A stretch of DNA of 64,000 bases from Flavobacteriales bacterium (GTDB lineage Bacteria > Bacteroidota > Bacteroidia > NS11-12g > UBA955), in assembly GCA_947496375.1 (NCBI GenBank), contig CANMCY010000002.1, positions 127,116-191,115 on the forward strand, written 5' to 3'. Position numbers and translations under genes: made by a program. Of the stretch, positions 39,988 through 49,886 are shown in pieces; positions within the stretch are counted from its first letter, which is position 1; every line of letters begins with the position of its first letter. A model generated the notes under the pieces. That model was not told where the DNA came from, did no database searches, and saw only the letters and a program-made list of their open reading frames with translations.

Positions 39988-41811
39988 TTGAAAGCCATTC
40001 TGCAGTTTTATCGTCATGCGCGGCCCTACAAAGGGCTGATTTTTCTGAATTTCGGCTTTAACCTGTTGTATATACTGCTTCACCTCAGCACCCTGCTCAT
40101 GATTATGCCGGTGCTAAAGTTCCTATTTAAGCCCAACGATGCGGCACCCGGCCTGGACACCAAAGGGCTTGAGGTAGGCAACTGGTTCGCGGCACGTTAC
40201 GAAGCATTCATACACTGGTTTGGCGGGATGGCTAAAGGGGATCCCCTAAGGGCGCTGGCATTTTTGTGTGCGGCACTGGTCATTATTACCGTTGTTAAAA
40301 ACCTGAGTCGGTTTGCTGCCATGAGTGTGATGGCCAAATTGCGCAATATGGCGGTTCGCGATATGCGAATGAACATCTACAATCGCTGTCTGGAACTGCC
40401 TGTGGCCTATTTCAATGAAGAACGAAAGGGTGACTTGCTCTCGCGCATGAGCAACGATATGAAAGAAATCGAATTTGCGCTGATGGTATCCCTGGAAGCA
40501 CTCTATATGCAGCCACTGACCATATTACTATTTCTATGTGCGCTGATTTTTTTATCTCCCCAACTTACCCTTTATATTGTTATTTTCCTTCCGCTTACCG
40601 CGATTTTTATTGGACTGTTAAGCCGCAGCCTGCGGAAAAAAAGCACCCGTAATCAGGAACTGGCAGGTCGCATAATGTCATCTTTTGAAGAAAGCATCAG
40701 CGGCATGCGCATCATCAAAGCATTCAACGCCGCCGGGTTTTTTCGTAAAAAATACAGTGAGGAAGATTGGTCCTATACCCGCAACAATATTGGTGTGCAG
40801 CGACGGTATGATTTATCCTCACCGCTCAGCGAAACCATTGGAATATCGGTATCGGCAGCGCTGCTTTGGCTGGGGGGTAACATGGTTTTCGGCGGAACGC
40901 TAAATCCGGAGTTTTTTCTCACCTATTTTGCCATATTCAGCCAGCTCATCAATCCGTTCAAGGCATTGAGCTCATCGTATTCTGCGGCGGTGCGCGGACA
41001 GGCCAGTCTGCACCGCATCGAAGAACTGGTGAATGCACCTGTGCGGGTTCAGGATCCGATTTATCCCAAAGTTCCTTCTTTTGAACACAGCATTGAATTT
41101 AGGGATGTTTCATTTGGCTATGACCCCAGCAAAGCTGTTCTGCACAACATTAATTTGACCATTAAAAAAGGGCAAACCATTGCCCTGGTAGGCCCAAGTG
41201 GAGCGGGTAAAACAACCTTCACTGATTTAATAGCGCGTTTTTACGACGTGGATTCCGGCAGCATTTTACTGGACGGACATGATTTGCGTGAGTTTCGGCA
41301 GGATGACCTTAGGCAGCTGATGGGCATGGTAAGTCAGGAAAGTATTTTGTTTAATGAATCCGTGCGCAACAACATTGCACTGGGAAAACCGGAAGCCGAC
41401 GAAAAGGCGGTTACAGATGCGGCCAAAGCGGCTTATGCACACGAGTTTATCGAACAACTTGAGCAAGGCTACCATTCCAATATCGGGGAGCGTGGCAGTA
41501 AACTAAGCGGCGGGCAAAGACAACGCTTGGGCATTGCAAGGGCATTGCTCAAAGATCCGCAGATTCTCATTTTGGACGAGGCCACCAGTGCACTTGACAG
41601 CCAAAGCGAAAAGGCCGTGCAGGCCGCACTGGAAAAACTAATGCAGAACCGCACCAGCATTATCATAGCACATCGTTTGAGCACGGTTACTCATGCAGAT
41701 TTAATTGTGGTCATGGATCAGGGCCGCATTACGGAAGTCGGTAACCATGAAGAGCTCCTGGCCCAAAAGGGGTTATATCACAAACTCATCCAGTTGCAAC
41801 AGCTGGCATAA
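39988..41811 (+). CDS. ABC transporter, a fused permease/ATP-binding exporter that is MsbA-like
   Basis: Six transmembrane helices at the N-terminus. Walker A GPSGAGKTT, the signature LSGGQRQR, and Walker B ILILDEATSALD. Confidence 0.9.
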   Translation: MKAILQFYRHARPYKGLIFLNFGFNLLYILLHLSTLLMIMPVLKFLFKPNDAAPGLDTKGLEVGNWFAARYEAFIHWFGGMAKGDPLRALAFLCAALVIITVVKNLSRFAAMSVMAKLRNMAVRDMRMNIYNRCLELPVAYFNEERKGDLLSRMSNDMKEIEFALMVSLEALYMQPLTILLFLCALIFLSPQLTLYIVIFLPLTAIFIGLLSRSLRKKSTRNQELAGRIMSSFEESISGMRIIKAFNAAGFFRKKYSEEDWSYTRNNIGVQRRYDLSSPLSETIGISVSAALLWLGGNMVFGGTLNPEFFLTYFAIFSQLINPFKALSSSYSAAVRGQASLHRIEELVNAPVRVQDPIYPKVPSFEHSIEFRDVSFGYDPSKAVLHNINLTIKKGQTIALVGPSGAGKTTFTDLIARFYDVDSGSILLDGHDLREFRQDDLRQLMGMVSQESILFNESVRNNIALGKPEADEKAVTDAAKAAYAHEFIEQLEQGYHSNIGERGSKLSGGQRQRLGIARALLKDPQILILDEATSALDSQSEKAVQAALEKLMQNRTSIIIAHRLSTVTHADLIVVMDQGRITEVGNHEELLAQKGLYHKLIQLQQLA

Positions 41812-41832
41812 TTAATACCGTTCAGGTATTAA
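41812..41832. terminator. Weak AT-rich hairpin shared by convergent genes (taatacc-gttca-ggtatta)
   Basis: A 7-bp inverted repeat in the 10-nt gap between two convergent stops. Confidence 0.25.
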
Positions 41833-44002
41833 ACCAGTATACCCACTTAAACGCCAGACTTCTGTTCTTAGTGAGGAAGCGGGGCTCATAGTTCTCGGAA
41901 TACACCACAAAAAAGTCACTCATGGGTCTGTATCGCCATTGGTAACGGACGTTTACATTCACATTTTCTGCTTGGGTGTTGTACTGCAAAAAAGCGGTAA
42001 AATACATAGTGGTGCTAAGACTATACTCTGTTTTTGCCCCAATGAGATTGAGGGTAGATTTTCCAAGTTCGGGAATATCAATATTAATACGGCGGTAATT
42101 GAGGGTAAACAGAAATCTTGGCTGAAGGCGATATTGCATGGCTCCGGTAAGGGAAAGTTTATCTCCTCCAAAATAGGTTCCATACTGACATTCTATGGAA
42201 CCATTCAAAGTCCGTCGATTATTGCTGTTTGCCAATGCTGACACGCTTTGAAAATGGTATTCTCCGGTAGAAAGAAATTGGGTGTCTCTGGGATTCACCG
42301 GATTAAAGGGCTGAAATAACCAGAAAAACTCTCGGTTGGCGGCCAATCGGAAACTTGCACTGTTTTGCAACATCACTTTTCCAGAAAGGGTGGAAATTGC
42401 CTCTGTTATCCTGTAATTACTATCGGTATAGGTGCTGTTATACAGGTTAAACGAAAAGTTGTTAATCACACGGCTTTTGGGATAAAAAACCCGGCTGATC
42501 ATGGGTTCCAGGCGGCCATAACTCATGAAAAAGGTTTTACGCAGCGCGGGGTCATAGTTTTCAATGCGTGGCACAAATCCCGTTGGGGCCCGAAACTTGC
42601 CTGAAACATACTCATGGTTCCACATGGCCTCCCATTTCAGGGTGCGATAAAAAAGATAGGAGGCATGGGCATAGCCTCTGTTGGATTTCAGGCCTTCATA
42701 GAGGGCCTTTTGCACAAATGCCTTACCCACCCAGCGATTGTTGGGGGTGAGCAAATTAAACTCAAGTCCTGCCACAGAATTGCGCTTTGCATTCACAGCA
42801 CCTACCGCCTGTTCGCTCACCAAAATTCCCCCGAGATAACTGGCAGCCAGTATTTTCCGCTGAAATGCAGCCACAGCATAGTTTTTAGCCGGATTAAGCG
42901 AGTCGATTCTTCGGGTTTGAACATTCATAATACCCACCCTAAGGTCTTTTCCGATTTTACCGGTTATTCTGGCACCCGCATCAATGGGGATGTTGCCCGC
43001 CTGAGAAAGGCCTATACGACGGCTAAAGAAGGGCCGTATTTGACGAAAACCAAACTGGGCGAATAGATCGCTGTTTTCAATAAAAAACTGTCTCCTTTCG
43101 GGGAAAAACAAGGAAAACCGGGTCAGGTTGATTTGTTGCTCATCCACATCCACCTGGGCAAAGTCCGGGTTTAGTGTCACATCCAAGTTCAGGGATGAAC
43201 TCAGGCCTACCTTGGCATCCAGCCCAATCCTTGGGGTGTTATCTTTCAGAAACTCTCCCTTTTCGCCTGTAGCAAGACTGCTTGCATAAGGAATGAGGGC
43301 AATATTGGGTCCCTTTCTGGCGGGCGGCTTCGGCCATTCCAGGGCTCCGGTAAACAAAAGAGAACTGATATTGAACATCCGTGGTACTTTAATCCAAGTA
43401 CTTACTTCATTATTTCGAAAATCTGCCCGCGCCACATTAAACCGCCAGTTATTAAGTCCATCGGGAAAACGCAGGGATTTAAAGGGTATTTCAAATTCAG
43501 CAAACCATGTATCGCGGGTAATGCGGGTAGCGCTATACCAAATCTGATCCCAGGCAGTAGACACCCCAAATCCGCCACCATTTTCTACAGAACCCTCCCG
43601 CTGTGCATTTTGAGGGGTAACCCCAAATGAGAAGCCATTTTCACCGTCTCCAAACGGACTTAACGTGAGTACCACAGCATCGCTTTGGGTAATGCTAAAA
43701 TACCGCTTCAGACTCTGCACCACAAAGGGTTTGTCCTGGTTGCGGTTTACACAGATGAAAGCTGCATACAGCCGTTGTTCATCATATGCCAGCATAAAAC
43801 CGGTCCGCGTCAGCGATTCGGAGGTGTCGTAAGGAAAATGTTGTATAAAACGATTTTGCAACGGCGCTTTTTGCCAGATGGCTTCCGTCAAATTGCCATC
43901 AATAACAATGTTTTCCTCTGTATTCTGAATGGGATATACCTGAGCGACTGCATCAAGGGATGATATTATAAACAGAATGATAAGAGGATTCCGCAAGGAC
44001 AA
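41822..44002 (-). CDS. DUF5916 / carbohydrate-binding family 9-like secreted protein
   Basis: Signal peptide, an N-terminal CBM9-like region (DGNLTEAIWQKAP), and a long beta-rich C-terminus. Confidence 0.55.
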   Translation of the reverse strand: MSLRNPLIILFIISSLDAVAQVYPIQNTEENIVIDGNLTEAIWQKAPLQNRFIQHFPYDTSESLTRTGFMLAYDEQRLYAAFICVNRNQDKPFVVQSLKRYFSITQSDAVVLTLSPFGDGENGFSFGVTPQNAQREGSVENGGGFGVSTAWDQIWYSATRITRDTWFAEFEIPFKSLRFPDGLNNWRFNVARADFRNNEVSTWIKVPRMFNISSLLFTGALEWPKPPARKGPNIALIPYASSLATGEKGEFLKDNTPRIGLDAKVGLSSSLNLDVTLNPDFAQVDVDEQQINLTRFSLFFPERRQFFIENSDLFAQFGFRQIRPFFSRRIGLSQAGNIPIDAGARITGKIGKDLRVGIMNVQTRRIDSLNPAKNYAVAAFQRKILAASYLGGILVSEQAVGAVNAKRNSVAGLEFNLLTPNNRWVGKAFVQKALYEGLKSNRGYAHASYLFYRTLKWEAMWNHEYVSGKFRAPTGFVPRIENYDPALRKTFFMSYGRLEPMISRVFYPKSRVINNFSFNLYNSTYTDSNYRITEAISTLSGKVMLQNSASFRLAANREFFWLFQPFNPVNPRDTQFLSTGEYHFQSVSALANSNNRRTLNGSIECQYGTYFGGDKLSLTGAMQYRLQPRFLFTLNYRRINIDIPELGKSTLNLIGAKTEYSLSTTMYFTAFLQYNTQAENVNVNVRYQWRYRPMSDFFVVYSENYEPRFLTKNRSLAFKWVYWFNT

Positions 44003-45253
44003 TTAATCTTTATTGGCTACGTTTCGCTTTTCAACAGCATTCATTCTGTTAATCTGCTCGTATTGGCTTTTCCTGGCATAAGGAACATAGAACCGAAGTA
44101 CACTGCCTGCCATAAGCGTATTGTTTCTGATTCCATTCCATGATTTCATCTCCGTTATGGTGCAGTCAAAAACATCGGACAGGGTATAAAAGCCATCTCC
44201 GGGTTTCACTTTATATATTACCCATACTTTGGCCGGTGGAACCGGTGGTGAAGAAGCAGAAGAACCATTGTTTGACGGCTCCACGCCCCTTTCGCCTCGG
44301 GGTTTTATTTCTATATATGTAATACTGTCCTTTACGGTGATTATGGTATCATACACAATTGGAGGCGCACTTTTTTGTTGTATCATGATGCATAAACTAT
44401 CCCTCACTTTCAGGTATGCGGCGTGCTTGGCGGCCGGAATATGAAAAGTAGCCGGTTCACCAAACCAGGGAATGACATTGGACTTAAATTCCGGGTTTAT
44501 TTGTTGAAGCTCTCCGGATGTAATGCCAGTTTTTTCTTCAAAAAAAGTAAAAGGGAGCAGGCATCGGGCGGTGGCGGTATCGGCCTTCATCATCGGGTAA
44601 ACGTCTTTGCTGAGCCCGGTCTCTTCAAAATGATACATCACCACCAGGGTAGCATAAAAATTTACGATGTGTTGTTGTTCCTCGGGTGTGAGGTGTTTAT
44701 AGATATCCTCAAACTTAAGGCTGTTTCCTGCTTGCCTGATGGCCTGATTCAACCGAACCGCACCAATTCGGAACGCCACGATGGTTTTTAGCCAGTCGCG
44801 ATAAATTCCTTGAAGGTCTTTAATATAGTGGCATGCCGCATTGGAGGATGCTGAAAGTGACCGTCTCTCATCCAGAATGGAAGTTTGTTTCAGCCCATAT
44901 TTTTTGCCCATGCTGAAATTGAGTGGCCATATTCCTGTGGAACCTTCTGCGTCGGTATATCGGGTGTTTAGGCCTGTGTTGGCCGCAGGTAAAAACCGGA
45001 TAAACCAGGGCAAAGAATAAATCTGACGGGCATTGTCTATGTAGGGCTGAAAGGCCGACTGTTTTCCAACCAAGGCGGATGTAATGCGGTTTGGGTTGAG
45101 CAGCAGCGTATCTATTTTTCGTTGCACCGCTGCATTATAAAAATGCGGCAGGCCTACTTGTTCGAAGGCGCGAATGCGGTTTTCCCAAACATTGGCGTTA
45201 AGGCCATTACAAAGAAGAGTAAATGCAAGCAGCAGCAGAACAGAAAACCTCAT
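44003..45253 (-). CDS. Lytic transglycosylase (MltD-like) with a C-terminal LysM domain
   Basis: Signal peptide, an SLT-like catalytic region, and a C-terminal LysM (YKVKPGDGFYTLSDVFDCTITEMKSWN). Confidence 0.7.
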   Translation of the reverse strand: MRFSVLLLLAFTLLCNGLNANVWENRIRAFEQVGLPHFYNAAVQRKIDTLLLNPNRITSALVGKQSAFQPYIDNARQIYSLPWFIRFLPAANTGLNTRYTDAEGSTGIWPLNFSMGKKYGLKQTSILDERRSLSASSNAACHYIKDLQGIYRDWLKTIVAFRIGAVRLNQAIRQAGNSLKFEDIYKHLTPEEQQHIVNFYATLVVMYHFEETGLSKDVYPMMKADTATARCLLPFTFFEEKTGITSGELQQINPEFKSNVIPWFGEPATFHIPAAKHAAYLKVRDSLCIMIQQKSAPPIVYDTIITVKDSITYIEIKPRGERGVEPSNNGSSASSPPVPPAKVWVIYKVKPGDGFYTLSDVFDCTITEMKSWNGIRNNTLMAGSVLRFYVPYARKSQYEQINRMNAVEKRNVANKD

Positions 45254-46677
45254 GAATTGCAGATACGAAGGATTTCAGATGATACATCAAAGAGTTTTTG
45301 TTCCTCAAAATCCCCACACATTAACTGCATTCCCAGGGGCAAACCTGTGGCTGTTTTTGCCACAGGAATACTGATGGCGCAGTTTCCGGCAATATTTGCC
45401 TGAACGGTAAACAAGTCTGCCAGATACATGGCAATGGGGTCTTTGGATTTTTCACCCAGCTTAAATGCCGGTGTGCTGGTGGTGGGAATCAGGATGGCAT
45501 CAGCGCCCGACAAAACTTCGCGGGTCTTATTTTGGATGATGCGCCTTACTTTCTGAGCTTTGCTGTAATAAGCATCATAATAATCGCTGCTTAAAACAAA
45601 AGTTCCCAGCATAATTCTCCTTTTCACCTCTTCTCCAAAACCTTCGCTCCGGCTGAGGGTAAAAGTAGATTCCAGGTCTTTGGCATGCTGACTCCTGTGG
45701 CCGTATAGCAGCCCGCTGTAGCGGCTCAGGTTACTGCTGGCTTCTGCTGTGGTAAGCACATAATAGGTTGGTACCAGATAATCCAGGTACTCAAAGTCAA
45801 AATAGGTAACGGTGTGCCCTTGGTCAATCAGGGATTTAATCAAGGATTCAGTTTCACTTTTTACATTGGCATCCAAACCCGGATGTTCTATGGCCTGCCG
45901 CATTACGGCAAAAGTGTATTTACCTGCAGATTGATTAGCATGATACTGTGGAGCAGGCCTGTCAGAAACGGTAGCATCCTGCTCATCGGGACCTGCCATG
46001 ATTTCCGTCAGCAATATATTATCCTCCAGCGAGTGGGTAAGGGGCCCAATCTGGTCAAAACTGCTGGCATACGCAAGCAGCCCCCAGCGGCTGATGAGAC
46101 CATAGGTGGGTTTTAGGCCAAATAATCCGCAGAATGCAGCCGGCTGACGTATAGATCCGCCGGTATCACTGCCCAGGGAAGCGTGAACAAGATGGGCTTG
46201 AACGGCAACTGCACTACCGCCGCTGCTACCACCGGGAACCCGCTCCGGGTCTATGGCATTGCGCACAGGACCAAATGCAGAATTTTCATTAGAGGCGCCC
46301 ATGGCAAACTCATCACAGTTGGTACGACCCAGGATGATGGCATCCTCGTCCAGCAAACGCTGAACAGCCGTAGCTGTGAATACGCTTTCAAAACCCTGTA
46401 AAATATTGCTTGCAGCCGATACTTTATGTCCTTTGTAAGCTAGGTTGTCTTTCAGGGCAATGACAGCACCTGCAAGGTGTCCGGGGGTTCCGGATTTAAA
46501 TTTTTGATCAATTACAGCGGCCTTTTCAAGCGCTTCCTCTGCCCATACCTCCAGGAATGCATTGAGGTGTTTATTTTCTTCAATTCGGGCAATATACGAT
46601 TTGACCAGCTGCACGCAGTTGGTTTTACCCGACCGGATGTCGGCCTGAATGTCGGAGATACGCCGATAATTGCTCAA
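45250..46677 (-). CDS. gatA: Glu-tRNA(Gln)/Asp-tRNA(Asn) amidotransferase subunit A
   Basis: Amidase signature [11 protein letters not shown]...[12 protein letters not shown]. Confidence 0.9.
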   Translation of the reverse strand: MSNYRRISDIQADIRSGKTNCVQLVKSYIARIEENKHLNAFLEVWAEEALEKAAVIDQKFKSGTPGHLAGAVIALKDNLAYKGHKVSAASNILQGFESVFTATAVQRLLDEDAIILGRTNCDEFAMGASNENSAFGPVRNAIDPERVPGGSSGGSAVAVQAHLVHASLGSDTGGSIRQPAAFCGLFGLKPTYGLISRWGLLAYASSFDQIGPLTHSLEDNILLTEIMAGPDEQDATVSDRPAPQYHANQSAGKYTFAVMRQAIEHPGLDANVKSETESLIKSLIDQGHTVTYFDFEYLDYLVPTYYVLTTAEASSNLSRYSGLLYGHRSQHAKDLESTFTLSRSEGFGEEVKRRIMLGTFVLSSDYYDAYYSKAQKVRRIIQNKTREVLSGADAILIPTTSTPAFKLGEKSKDPIAMYLADLFTVQANIAGNCAISIPVAKTATGLPLGMQLMCGDFEEQKLFDVSSEILRICNS

Positions 46678-46862
46678 GCTTCTGTCTTGCTCTTGTTGGG
46701 GTCTTCGTCCATGCCCTTGCGAATTTCGCTGGACACGTTGTTTTTGGCATCGTTAAATTCACGAACACCACGACCCAGGCCACGCATCAGTTCAGGGATT
46801 TTACGTCCGCCAAACAACAACAGCACGATAACCAAAATCATGATGATTTCGCCGGTACCCAT
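46674..46862 (-). CDS. tatA: Twin-arginine translocase subunit TatA/E
   Basis: [30 protein letters not shown] is the classic TatA transmembrane and hinge region. I prefer the internal start. Confidence 0.8.
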   Translation of the reverse strand: MGTGEIIMILVIVLLLFGGRKIPELMRGLGRGVREFNDAKNNVSSEIRKGMDEDPNKSKTEA

Positions 46863-46986
46863 ATTGCCAAGAAAAAGGATAGTACTCATGTTTGAATTTT
46901 TGTTCAAAGTTACCACTAAACCGCGGCATTGTCAAAGAAAAACATACTACAAAGCGGGTTTATGCGGCAACAAACCTTGTATTTAT

Positions 46987-46994
46987 TATTTTTG
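46987..46994 (+). promoter_or_regulatory. TAnnTTTG -7 box (TATTTTTG) upstream of frr
   Basis: Consensus match 16 nt upstream of the ATG at 47010. Confidence 0.3.
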
Positions 46995-47009
46995 CCGTGA
47001 TAAACCACT

Positions 47010-47570
47010 ATGGCAACCGTTAATGATCTGCTGACCCAACTGAAAGACCAGCTGGAAAAAAACCTCTCCCACACCCATCAAGAATTTTCACGCATTCGTG
47101 CCGGAAAAGCCACCCCCAACATGCTGGATGGTGTTATGGTAGAATACTATGGAGCTCCAACGCCCTTGAATCAGGTGGCGAATGTGGGTACCCCTGATGC
47201 CAGAACTTTGGCCATACAGCCATGGGATAAATCACTGATTCGCCCCATTGAAACGGCCATCATCAACAGCAACCTAGGGTTTGCCCCCCAAAATGACGGA
47301 GAAATGATCCGAATAAACGTACCGGCCTTAACCGAAGATCGGAGAAAAGATTTGGTCAAAATGGCCAAAGCAGAAGCGGAAAACAGCAAAGTGGGCATCC
47401 GCAACATCCGCAAAGACTTTATGGAAACGGTGAAAACCATGCAAAAGGACGGACTGAGCGAAGATGAAGCGCGGGGTGCTGAAGATGAGATTCAAAAAAC
47501 GATTGACAACTATATCAAGAAAACCGAAGAAGTGTTGTCTTCGAAAGAAAAAGAAATTATGACGGTTTGA
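47010..47570 (+). CDS. frr: Ribosome recycling factor
   Basis: Length and conserved motifs (IRAGKATPNMLDGV, PALTEDRRKDLVK). Confidence 0.95.
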   Translation: MATVNDLLTQLKDQLEKNLSHTHQEFSRIRAGKATPNMLDGVMVEYYGAPTPLNQVANVGTPDARTLAIQPWDKSLIRPIETAIINSNLGFAPQNDGEMIRINVPALTEDRRKDLVKMAKAEAENSKVGIRNIRKDFMETVKTMQKDGLSEDEARGAEDEIQKTIDNYIKKTEEVLSSKEKEIMTV

Positions 47571-47572
47571 CC

Positions 47573-48736
47573 TTATTCAAAAACCGCCCAATCCCTTATT
47601 TTACCTGCTTTATCAAGCAACTCCTGTAACGTTTCGGCCATCACTGTAATGTGTCCCATTTTTCGTTGCGGACGTATTTCTGATTTGTTATAAAGATGCA
47701 CGTATACGCCGGGTTCCGATAACAGTTTTTCAGCATATTTGAGTTTATATGCACCAGTCTGACCTTCACCCCCCACCAGGTTTATCATCGCAGACGGCTG
47801 TATCATTTCTGTATTACCCAACGGCAAACCCAGTAAAATTCGGTTAAGTTGCTCAAACTGGCTGGTATAGCTTCCCTCAATGGTATGGTGACCGCTGTTA
47901 TGAGGGCGTGGTGCTATCTCATTCACCAATACCTCGGCTGATTGCGTAACAAATAATTCTACGGCAAACAGTCCGGGAGATTTCAATTCTCTAACTGCAT
48001 GCATTGCCACGTTCCTGCATTCCGCCTCCAGATCCGGAGTGGTTTCAGCCGGCGAAAAGAGAAATTCTACCAGATTGCTCTGCGGATTAAAATACATCTC
48101 AATCAGCGGGTATGTAACCACATTTCCGAATTGGTCTGCTGCCACAATCACCGAATATTCGGTTATGTTTTCATGAAAATATTCTACCACGCAAGGTCCA
48201 GGAGATTGAAATAATCCCGTTTGAATGTCACTTTTAGTAACAATATCAACGCCTTTACCATCGTAGCCACCCATGCGTTGTTTCACCACCACCTTATCAC
48301 CGCCAAATGATTTCACTGCCTCTGCCAAACCGGCGGGGTTGTCACATATCACAAAGTCTGCCGTTGGAATGGCGTGTTTTTGGTAAAAATGCTTTTGAAG
48401 ACCCTTATCCTGAATAATTTGCAGGGTGCGGGCCGAGGGGATGACCGTTTTGCCGGATTCTTCCAATTCCATCAATACCCGGCTGTTGATATGCTCTATC
48501 TCATAGGTAAGTACGTCACATTCAGCCGCCAGTTTCTGAATGCTCTCGGCGTCTTTGAGGCCTCCCAGGATTACGTGATTTGCGAGCGCAGCAGCGGGAC
48601 AATTCAAGTCGTTTTCAAGAACGCTGTATTGTATATTCCAGGGACGAGAGGCCTCGATAAGCATTTTGCCAAGCTGCCCACCGCCAATAACCCCAATCCG
48701 TATGTCTACCGGTAGTTTTACGTTACTATTCATCAT
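47573..48736 (-). CDS. purK: N5-carboxyaminoimidazole ribonucleotide synthase
   Basis: ATP-grasp fold and PurK motifs (IGVIGGGQLGKM, EIAPRPHNSGH). Confidence 0.9.
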   Translation of the reverse strand: MMNSNVKLPVDIRIGVIGGGQLGKMLIEASRPWNIQYSVLENDLNCPAAALANHVILGGLKDAESIQKLAAECDVLTYEIEHINSRVLMELEESGKTVIPSARTLQIIQDKGLQKHFYQKHAIPTADFVICDNPAGLAEAVKSFGGDKVVVKQRMGGYDGKGVDIVTKSDIQTGLFQSPGPCVVEYFHENITEYSVIVAADQFGNVVTYPLIEMYFNPQSNLVEFLFSPAETTPDLEAECRNVAMHAVRELKSPGLFAVELFVTQSAEVLVNEIAPRPHNSGHHTIEGSYTSQFEQLNRILLGLPLGNTEMIQPSAMINLVGGEGQTGAYKLKYAEKLLSEPGVYVHLYNKSEIRPQRKMGHITVMAETLQELLDKAGKIRDWAVFE

Positions 48737-49886
48737 CCAGATCCTCTATGTTAAAAAGCGCTTTGTATTGTTTATGGAATTTTTCAGGTTGAAAGAATTC
48801 CACTGCAAAATTGTGTGCTGCATGTGACATTTCCGCTTTTTCTTCGAATGACAATTGATGGTAAGCGTTCAATGCTGCTTCAAATACGGCCGGTTCAAGG
48901 GGTAACTCCTCACCTGATTGCCTCTCCTTAAGGCCGGTCCAGGGCGTGTTTTCTCCAATGAAGCAAGGCAAACCATAAGACAGCGCCTCCGCAATGGCAT
49001 GCCCAAAATTCTCCCCTTTGCTACAGGAAACAAACACATGATGGTCTCTGTAAAAACTCCCCATGTCTGATGGTGAAACAGCACGAATATGGGTAACTTT
49101 AACATGATCCGGAAGCTGATTGCACAAATTGTTAAATTGGTTAAAATAGTCTTCGTCCGAATAATCACCTATAACGGTTGCCTCAGCCGGAAATGCCAGA
49201 CGCCCCAGCACATGAACGAGCATAGCGGGATCTTTTTCATCAGAAATGCGGCCAACGGAAAGGATTTTCAACGGCTCTCCATAATCATTCCGTTTCTGAT
49301 ACGAAGGGATACTTCGCGGTATGTTGGCAGCTTCCATTATTTTGGCTTTTTTACCCATTGCTGCCCTTATTTCCTTCGTTTCATCGGGCTGGGTGCTTTG
49401 CCAGTCTATGTTATTAAACCAGCCAAATAATCTTGCCAATGTGAGAAATAGGGTTTTTTTAAACGGCTTTACACTGCGGGCACTGCGGTGAAGCATGCCA
49501 CGTGGTGCTACCACGATTTTCCTGTGTTTGGAGCGGTGCCACCATAAAATGGGATAAATACTGAAGTACCGTGAAAATATGCCCTGTACGTAGAGTACTG
49601 ACTTTTCAGACACATTTTCATTCAGGGTGGAAAACAGGGTTGTGCGAGACAATGTCTTGTTATCCAGGTACATTACCCGGGCCATGCCATTCCAGTCTAT
49701 CCAAATTCCGGTGGCTACCGGCAATGCATTGTCTGAACCATAATCCAGGTTTCCGCAAATAATGGAAAAACTGTAGTGGTCGTGCAGCTGTGTCACCAGA
49801 TTAACCAGTGACTGAATGGGTCCACCTGCCCTGAAAGCGGGGTCGAACCAGTCGCAGACCACCACCACGGAGGTTTTCTCAGTCAT
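48726..49886 (-). CDS. Glycosyltransferase family 4
   Basis: C-terminal GT4 EX7E region (CSKGENFGHAIAEALSYGLPCF). Confidence 0.75.
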   Translation of the reverse strand: MTEKTSVVVVCDWFDPAFRAGGPIQSLVNLVTQLHDHYSFSIICGNLDYGSDNALPVATGIWIDWNGMARVMYLDNKTLSRTTLFSTLNENVSEKSVLYVQGIFSRYFSIYPILWWHRSKHRKIVVAPRGMLHRSARSVKPFKKTLFLTLARLFGWFNNIDWQSTQPDETKEIRAAMGKKAKIMEAANIPRSIPSYQKRNDYGEPLKILSVGRISDEKDPAMLVHVLGRLAFPAEATVIGDYSDEDYFNQFNNLCNQLPDHVKVTHIRAVSPSDMGSFYRDHHVFVSCSKGENFGHAIAEALSYGLPCFIGENTPWTGLKERQSGEELPLEPAVFEAALNAYHQLSFEEKAEMSHAAHNFAVEFFQPEKFHKQYKALFNIEDLDDE